DNA of 12,417 nucleotides from Deltaproteobacteria bacterium TL4 (GTDB lineage Bacteria; SAR324; NAC60-12). The notes beneath the pieces were generated by a model. It did not search any database. It worked only from the letters and a program-made list of their open reading frames with translations, and was not told where the DNA came from. A program made the translations under genes and the position numbers. Location of the stretch: NCBI GenBank assembly GCA_051382335.1, contig JBBCAX010000074.1, forward strand, positions 1-12,417. Reading direction: 5' to 3'. This document shows, piece after piece, positions 7,363 through 12,417 of the stretch. The stretch's first letter is position 1; each line of letters opens with the position of its first letter.

Positions 7363-9513
7363 TTATCTGAAAAGGCTGCCAAGCAGTTGGGCCTTCATCA
7401 TATCTCCTTCAACCTGCAATTTGCCTGTAGTAAAGGCCTGCATCGGATCTAACTCTCCTTTTCGCAAAGCAATAAAATCACTGGCCGAAATTTTCATGGT
7501 TGTGGTCGGGGTGTTATGTACTCCTTTGTTGATGGACAAGGTCCCGTCCTTAATAACCATATTCCAATCGCCACCACCGTTTCCAGAAATGCGGTATTGG
7601 AAAACCACATCAAGACCTTTAGCCGCATCAGCTTTAAAGCCTTTGTTCATTTCCGCAAAGATCGCATCCACAGAACCGCCACCTTTTGAGGGAGAGGATT
7701 TGGCAGTTTCAACTTGAGGCACTGGCGCTTTAACAGCACCTTTTTTTGCTGCGGCTTTCGGTGCGTTTGTTGAAGCAAGCGCATCCATCACTTGTTGGTT
7801 GAGCATCCAGTATTCCTTGCCGCCTTCAAGCGTGTTGATGGCCCCACGATTGGAGATGATATCTTCAAGGGTTGGCAGATTATCTTTATCTCCAAGGGTA
7901 ATGCCCGGACCTGTCACCAAGGCAACACGGTTGAAGGTTCCAACACCGGCATTGTAAATACGTCCACTATCCTCGCAGCGATCGGAACATAAATACACCG
8001 TCATGGGCATGACAAATTCAGGTTTGGATTGAGCCAACAGGTGTGGCGGCAATACATCTTCTGTTAAGCGGGATGCTGCCAGAGGAGCGATTGTATTGAC
8101 TTTGATGCCATAACGCTCGCCTTCGAGCTTAAGCGTATTCATCAAGCCAATTAAGGCCATTTTCGCGGCGGAATAATTGGTTTGTCCATAATTTCCATAA
8201 ATTCCAGCAGCGGAAGTCGTCATCACAATTCGGCCATAACCTTTCTCTTTCATCACTTGAAACGCGGGACGTGTCACATTATAAGCGCCATTCAAATGGA
8301 CGTCTAAAACGGCTTTCCAGTTTTGAGGTTCCATTTTAACAAAGCTTTTATCTCGTAAAATGCCAGCGTTGTTGATCAAGATATCCACGGTCCCAAAGGC
8401 CTCTAGCGCGGTTTTGACTATATTGGCTCCCCCTTCAACGGTTGCGACATTATCGTAATTCGCGACGGCTTCACCTCCCTTTTCCTTAATTTCCGCAACA
8501 ACCTGATCCGCGGGAGATGACGCGCCTGTTCCGCCTCCATCTCGTGAGCCTCCAAAGTCATTCACCACCACTTTCGCGCCACGTCGAGCTAATTCCAAGG
8601 CATAAACTTTGCCAAGTCCTCCACCGGCACCGGTGACAATGGCAACCCGGTCATCAAAACGAATTTCATCCTTGGGAATTTCGCCATACTCGAAAATTCC
8701 GTTATCAATAACAAACTCACCTGTGTCTTTATTGACCACACGCCATGCTGCTTTGCCCTCGCCAATTTTCCAGATCAAGGTTTTGATAGGGATTCCAGGA
8801 TAGAGCACTTTGGTAAAGCGACAATCGAGTTTCCTCAGCAGTTCAGGTTTTCCAGGGATGAGTTTTTCAATCAAGGAGCGCGTTGCGAAACCATGAGTAC
8901 ACAAGCCATGCATGATTGGTTTTTCAAACCCTGAATTCTTCGCGAAATCGGGGTCAATATGAAGCGTGAACATATCTCCTGATAAGCGATAGATAATGGG
9001 CTGATTTGCGGAAGGAGCATCTTCAATTTCAAAATCAGGCGCGCGGTCAGGAATATAGACTTCTTTTTTGGGCGCGTTTTCTCCGCCAAAACCACCATCA
9101 AACCTTGAGAAAATAGTCATCACACTTGTGAACAACTTGTTGCCATTGGAATGGTAGGTTTCATACTCCACCATGACTAAAGCCCCTTTGTCTTTGCCTT
9201 TGTCATACATGCGCGTAATCTTCCCTTCCGTGGTCAAGGTTCCTTCGATGGGAAAGGGATTATGAAAGGTCAACTCTTGTTCGCCATGAAGAATTCCGGC
9301 CAAGTTGAGATTGGCCTTCAACGTTAACTTCATGAAGTCAAACGTTGCCGCAATAGCAAAACTGGGAATCACTTTGAGATCTTTCTCATAAACGTATTCC
9401 AGTTCATTGAATCCTGCCCCCACACCCAAGGCATAGAGGATCACATCTTTATAATTGTATTCCTTGGTGATGGGACCAAGTTTTTTACCAATTATATCCA
9501 GGTTTAAGGCCAT
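7363..9513 (-). CDS. Multifunctional beta-oxidation enzyme: double hot-dog MaoC (R)-hydratase + SDR 3-hydroxyacyl-CoA dehydrogenase + SCP2
   Basis: 716 aa. DVILYALGVG, LHGEQ, YRLSGD..LHIDP, HGLCT (hydratase 2); TGAGGGLG, NNAG, YSAAK (SDR, from ~8665); C-terminal SCP2 with GELDPMQAFTTGKLQVEGD. RBS AAGGAGG. Confidence 0.92.
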   Translation of the reverse strand: MALNLDIIGKKLGPITKEYNYKDVILYALGVGAGFNELEYVYEKDLKVIPSFAIAATFDFMKLTLKANLNLAGILHGEQELTFHNPFPIEGTLTTEGKITRMYDKGKDKGALVMVEYETYHSNGNKLFTSVMTIFSRFDGGFGGENAPKKEVYIPDRAPDFEIEDAPSANQPIIYRLSGDMFTLHIDPDFAKNSGFEKPIMHGLCTHGFATRSLIEKLIPGKPELLRKLDCRFTKVLYPGIPIKTLIWKIGEGKAAWRVVNKDTGEFVIDNGIFEYGEIPKDEIRFDDRVAIVTGAGGGLGKVYALELARRGAKVVVNDFGGSRDGGGTGASSPADQVVAEIKEKGGEAVANYDNVATVEGGANIVKTALEAFGTVDILINNAGILRDKSFVKMEPQNWKAVLDVHLNGAYNVTRPAFQVMKEKGYGRIVMTTSAAGIYGNYGQTNYSAAKMALIGLMNTLKLEGERYGIKVNTIAPLAASRLTEDVLPPHLLAQSKPEFVMPMTVYLCSDRCEDSGRIYNAGVGTFNRVALVTGPGITLGDKDNLPTLEDIISNRGAINTLEGGKEYWMLNQQVMDALASTNAPKAAAKKGAVKAPVPQVETAKSSPSKGGGSVDAIFAEMNKGFKADAAKGLDVVFQYRISGNGGGDWNMVIKDGTLSINKGVHNTPTTTMKISASDFIALRKGELDPMQAFTTGKLQVEGDMMKAQLLGSLFR

Positions 9514-9581
9514 ACACTCCTCCTTCTGAGTTAGTCAAAAACAGAGTTTCCTCCATCTTTGATCAATGATAGGCTCCATGC

Positions 9582-10211
9582 TTATTCACTTGCTTGAGTG
9601 AAGGCCGGAACCAATACACAATTCAAAGTTTCTTTGGTCAATTGTATATAGTCCTCATGACTGATATTCAGTTGAGGACGGAAAAAATGCTCTCCCGATG
9701 CGAAATTCAATAACGAATTCCAAACCGTTAATAATTTGGCTTTGACTTGGACAGAAACCTCTTCCTTATCCATCGCCAATCCCATGGCTACCGCAACATT
9801 TGATACATATTCAGGTAACTTGTGATCGAAGGTTTCAGGGACTTTCGTTTTGCTGAAATAACGAAAGATGATCAGGTTGGAAACTTCAGGGTTGGCAAAA
9901 AGATAATCGCATAAAACGTTGATCGCGATTTCAAACCGTATTTTCATCGATTGACCTTTGGCCTGCTTTTCAATCTCTAAGAGCTTTACATGGATCTCCT
10001 CATTCAAATCCATAATGACCGCCTCGTAAAGATCCGATTTCTCACCCCAATGATAGTAAAGGGTCGAAATGTCTATTCCCACATCCTTGGCCACCATCCT
10101 CGTCGCGGTTCCGTGAAAGCCATATTCACCAAATAATTTTCTCGCTGACGCAAGAATCTTTGCCTTCATGGATTCCGGATCTCTCTTCGCTTTTGTTAAA
10201 GGAGAAGCCAT
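9582..10211 (-). CDS. TetR/AcrR family transcriptional regulator
   Basis: 209 aa. N-terminal HTH ILASARKLFGEYGFHGTATRMVAKDVGIDISTLYYHWGEKSDLY. Confidence 0.95.
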   Translation of the reverse strand: MASPLTKAKRDPESMKAKILASARKLFGEYGFHGTATRMVAKDVGIDISTLYYHWGEKSDLYEAVIMDLNEEIHVKLLEIEKQAKGQSMKIRFEIAINVLCDYLFANPEVSNLIIFRYFSKTKVPETFDHKLPEYVSNVAVAMGLAMDKEEVSVQVKAKLLTVWNSLLNFASGEHFFRPQLNISHEDYIQLTKETLNCVLVPAFTQASE

Positions 10212-10256
10212 TGATTTCTGACTCCAAATGTTAGTGTTTTATTTTTACCCAACCAA

Positions 10257-10307
10257 TGTTTCCATCAAATGTTGGAAGCAACATATAGGAAAGTTTCTAA
10301 AAATCAA
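10257..10307 (-). promoter_or_regulatory. Putative TetR operator and sigma70 promoter of the cluster
   Basis: Imperfect palindrome TGTTTCCATCAAATGTTGGAAGCA (10257-10280). Minus-strand TTGATT (10307-10302), 16-bp spacer, TATGTT (10285-10280). Confidence 0.5.
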
Positions 10308-10389
10308 GAATTTTTGGTGAAAATTCTGGTTCAATTTTACAGCAGGAACAAGAAAGGGGTGAAGCCACCTTGGTTTCTGAGTTGCACCC

Positions 10390-10546
10390 AGGGGTTGGTC
10401 ACATTTTCGGCCATGTGTCAAAAATTTGATCTTTGATGTTCCACCTGATTTGTGTTTTATCCCGTAGGGGCGGTGTCTGCCCAGGATCAGGGCGAACACA
10501 CAGGTTCGCCCCTACAAATTGTGGCCGAAAATATGACCAACCCCCT
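10390..10546. mobile_element. MITE-like non-autonomous element (157 bp)
   Basis: 23-bp terminal inverted repeats with one mismatch (10391-10413 GGGGTTGGTCACATTTTCGGCCA; 10522-10544). Direct repeat CACCC on both flanks (10385-10389, 10547-10551). Confidence 0.65.
10464..10515. repeat. GTAG-type REP doublet (REPIN-like)
   Basis: Right copy, reverse complement GTAGGGGCGAACCTGTGTGTTCGCCC; left copy GTAGGGGCG-GTGTCTGCCC is internally shortened; the two are inverted. Confidence 0.75.
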
Positions 10547-10634
10547 CACCCATAACAAGTTGCAAAGAAAATCAATGGGTTCCTTAAACCTTGTTCCTAA
10601 AATTCGGAATAGAATTTGAGGCTTTTTTTTAATT

Positions 10635-10679
10635 TTGACTTTTTATGTCCGTAAGTGTACTCTTCAAGAGTACACTTAC
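10635..10679 (+). promoter_or_regulatory. Toxin-antitoxin promoter with overlapping operator palindrome
   Basis: TTGACT (10635-10640), 17-bp spacer, TACTCT (10658-10663). Perfect inverted repeat GTAAGTGTACTCTT-C-AAGAGTACACTTAC (10651-10679). Confidence 0.8.
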
Positions 10680-10692
10680 TTGGGAGATGTTT

Positions 10693-10926
10693 ATGTTAGA
10701 ACTTAATGTTAAAGAAGCCAGGGGGAAACTCAGTAATCTTCTCGATCAAGTTGAAAAAGGTGAAGAAATTATTATTACTCGCCGAGGAAAACAGGTTGCT
10801 CGTCTCACCTCCTTAAATGAAAAATCTCCATTATCCAGTTTAACGAGTTTTCGGGAAACTATCAAAGTTGAAGGGCAACCTTTAAGCCAAATAGTTGTCA
10901 TCCAAAGAGAAGAGGAACGTTACTAA
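10693..10926 (+). CDS. Type II antitoxin, Phd/YefM family
   Basis: MLELNVKEARGKLSNLLDQVEKGEEIIITRRGKQVARL. Start moved from 10645 to 10693 because RBS GGGAG lies at 10682-10686 and the promoter lies inside the longer ORF call. Confidence 0.93.
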   Translation: MLELNVKEARGKLSNLLDQVEKGEEIIITRRGKQVARLTSLNEKSPLSSLTSFRETIKVEGQPLSQIVVIQREEERY

Positions 10927-11345
10927 TGTATATTGACACCAGTGTCTTGGTTGCCTATTATTGCCCTGAACCTAACAGCGATGTAGTAGAACAGATCCTT
11001 GTTCAAATGGACCAGCCAGCAATCAGTCAGTTAACTGAAGTGGAATTGAGTTCAGCTATATCCAGAAAAATAAGAGAACAAGAATTATCTACAATTGATG
11101 GAAATAGGGTATTGGCTCAATTCAAAACTCATTTGAGCCAACGATGTTTCTTATACTTCCCCATTCATTCACAACATTACATCATCGCCAAAGGTTGGAT
11201 CTCCCAATTTACTACGCCCCTAAGAACTTTAGACGCGATACATTTAGCTATTGCTTCAGTAAATAACCTGTCTCTTCTGACTGCGGATATTAAACTTGCG
11301 GACTCTGCAAGACATTTGGGATTGAATGCACGATTAATAGCCTAA
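10926..11345 (+). CDS. vapC: Type II toxin, VapC family PIN-domain ribonuclease
   Basis: 139 aa. YIDTSVLV, TEVELSS, RTLDAIHLA, LTAD. TAATG overlap with the antitoxin. Confidence 0.94.
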   Translation: MYIDTSVLVAYYCPEPNSDVVEQILVQMDQPAISQLTEVELSSAISRKIREQELSTIDGNRVLAQFKTHLSQRCFLYFPIHSQHYIIAKGWISQFTTPLRTLDAIHLAIASVNNLSLLTADIKLADSARHLGLNARLIA

Positions 11346-11367
11346 TTCCTTTATTTTATTTCGATAT

Positions 11368-11391
11368 AAAAAACGGGTACCCTCCCGTTTG
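11368..11391. terminator. Possible weak bidirectional intrinsic terminator
   Basis: AAAAAACGGG-TACCCT-CCCGTTT just after the vapC stop. The U-tract is longer on the minus strand. Confidence 0.45.
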
Positions 11392-11411
11392 TAACCGTTC
11401 AGGGGGTATTT

Positions 11412-11531
11412 GCCACAGAGACATAGAGAATGAATATTCAATGACAAAATCTCTGAGTTTCTCTAAAAAAAGGGCCATGATTTTAAAATTGCCTAACCAT
11501 AGGCTTTCATAAGATCCGTTGGTTTTGTGGC
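11412..11531. repeat. Degenerate CCACAGAGACACAGAG-type inverted repeat element
   Basis: GCCACAGAGACATAGAGA (11412-11429), partial complement TCTCTGAGTTTCTCT (11450-11464), closing TGTGGC (11526-11531). Confidence 0.35.
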
Positions 11532-11570
11532 CGGAGAATGAAATAAAAGGGCAGGGCGAACTCTTTGTCT

Positions 11571-11605
11571 CCTCACCCAGACCCTCTCCCGCAAGGGCGA
11601 GGGAG
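11571..11605 (+). repeat. CCTCACCC..CCCTCTCCC-N4-GGGAGAGGG palindromic repeat, copy 1
   Basis: CCTCACCCAGACCCTCTCCC-GCAA-GGGCGAGGGAG; inverted relative of the copies at 11977 and 12034. Confidence 0.75.
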
Positions 11606-11649
11606 ATCTGCAGAGTATGCCCTCTCCTTCGGAAGCGGTTGGATTGAAA

Positions 11650-11675
11650 GGGCGGGGCGTGCAATCCCCGCCTAC
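11650..11675 (-). repeat. GTAG-type REP, copy 1
   Basis: Reverse complement GTAGGCGGGGATTGCACGCCCCGCCC; identical to 12193-12218. Confidence 0.85.
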
Positions 11676-11946
11676 TGTTCAGGGAGTTTTCAGTTCTTCG
11701 GAGGGTGCTACCTCCCGTAAAAGCAAGGAAGCCCTCCGCAAACAGGGCTTGTTGAATGATGATGGCGACCTCGCCACGCCGTATCGACGCCCCAAACTGG
11801 TCATGGATTATTGGTGTGTCCTGTGGTTTTGGCCCATCACCCAAAGCGCGGATTTGCCGAGTCGGAAACAATGGTGGCTGGAAATCGGAGCGATTCTGGA
11901 AGGCAACATTGTGGAGGTTTCCACCCAAACCCAATTTGATTTCACG

Positions 11947-11972
11947 GTAGGTGGGGATTGCACTCCCCGCCC
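11947..11972 (+). repeat. GTAG-type REP, copy 2
   Basis: GTAGGTGGGGATTGCACTCCCCGCCC; two mismatches to copies 1 and 3, opposite orientation. Confidence 0.85.
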
Positions 11973-11976
11973 CCAA

Positions 11977-12072
11977 TCCCCCTCACCTCTTGCGGGAGAG
12001 GGTCGGAGTGAGGGGTTTCATGGCCAATCAACATCTCCCTCGCCCCTTTTGGGAGAGGGTCGAGGTGAGGGG
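11977..12072 (-). repeat. Two 39-bp CCCTCNCCC..GGGAGAGGGTCG..GTGAGGGG palindromic repeats
   Basis: 11977-12015 and 12034-12072; on the plus strand they encode SPSPLAGEGRSEG and SPSPLLGEGRGEG. Confidence 0.85.
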
Positions 12073-12192
12073 AAACCTTTCCATCTCACCTCCCCTCAAA
12101 TTCAACCGGATTTGTTCGGATTTCAAGGGCGGGTCGTGCAATTACCGGATGGCATGGGAGTTTTTTGAACAAATGGAGAACCCATGACCATA

Positions 12193-12218
12193 GGGCGGGG
12201 CGTGCAATCCCCGCCTAC
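12193..12218 (-). repeat. GTAG-type REP, copy 3
   Basis: GGGCGGGGCGTGCAATCCCCGCCTAC, identical to 11650-11675. A partial fourth copy lies at 12127-12142. Confidence 0.85.
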
Positions 12219-12341
12219 CATGGGGGAACGGTAGGGATGAAAGTGCATTCTCAGCTTCAGTGAACTCTGTTTCCATTAATTTTTTGGTTAAATCAACAGG
12301 TAAGGAACGTTAAAAGAATAACTTAGAAACTTTCCAAAAAA

Positions 12342-12416
12342 AACTCCCCTGCCCCTCCTTGCCAAGGAGGGGATTCTAAAGCTCCTCCCCTTACCAAGGG
12401 GAGGTTGGGTGGGGTT
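12342..12416. repeat. Double-hairpin palindromic repeat
   Basis: CCCCTCCTT-GCC-AAGGAGGGG (12352-12372) and CCTCCCCTT-ACC-AAGGGGAGG (12384-12404), with imperfectly complementary outer arms. Confidence 0.8.
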
Positions 12417-12417
12417 A

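Larger units (their letters stand above)
11698..12126 (+). pseudogene. Internal fragment of a probable large type IIG/Eco57I-like restriction-modification protein, with in-frame repeat insertions
   Basis: Translates as GLLNDDGDLATPYRRPKLVMDYWCVLWFWPI..LPSRKQWWLEIGAILEG, resembling from memory the RRLKLVMDYWCALWFWP motif of large Eco57I-like methylases. No methylase catalytic motifs; both ends run into repeats. Confidence 0.5.

Noticed and set aside
2829..9101. Many short ORFs overlapping the thiolase and the two fusion genes
   Set aside because: Antisense or alternate-frame shadows of well-supported CDSs; the repeats in them only mirror the SCP2 duplication.
10245..10499. 84-aa minus-strand ORF
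   Set aside because: Starts inside the REP/MITE and crosses the tetR promoter region.
11356..12187. ORFs 11356-11976 (-), 11756-11950 and 11951-12187; also a possible RAYT between the REPs
   Set aside because: Built from repeats or alternate frames; no HUH or catalytic Tyr motif of a RAYT is seen.
10288..12335. 13-bp inverted match GGAAAGTTTCTAA (10288-10300) / TTAGAAACTTTCC (12323-12335) as ends of a TA-carrying transposon
   Set aside because: No extension and no target duplication; a 13-bp match is roughly expected by chance in 12 kb.
11571..12417. CRISPR array
   Set aside because: Repeats are of mixed families and orientations with irregular spacing, and there are no cas genes.

Overview
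Bacterial window; the gene content suggests a Deltaproteobacteria/Desulfobacterota-like host (inference only). From left to right: (1) a decayed group II intron 3' end (5'-truncated, frameshifted RT/maturase plus intact domains V-VI), next to a possible IS end; (2) a minus-strand AAA-ATPase/PD-(D/E)XK nuclease gene; (3) a minus-strand, TetR-headed lipid/acyl-CoA catabolic cluster: TetR, a MaoC-hydratase-SDR-SCP2 fusion (716 aa), a five-domain pseudo-HMG-CoA-synthase-DUF35-SDR-SCP2-SCP2 fusion (1033 aa), an SCP2-type thiolase and a translationally coupled small 'CCG' protein; (4) an intergenic MITE-like element carrying a REP doublet; (5) a Phd/YefM-VapC toxin-antitoxin pair with a perfect 29-bp operator palindrome; (6) about 1 kb of mixed palindromic repeats enclosing a probable restriction-modification gene fragment with in-frame repeat insertions. 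The best candidate for an undescribed system is the cluster, which looks like a domain-shuffled bacterial counterpart of peroxisomal MFE-2 + SCPx, possibly assembled as one metabolon. All family calls come from motif recognition by eye; no searches were run.
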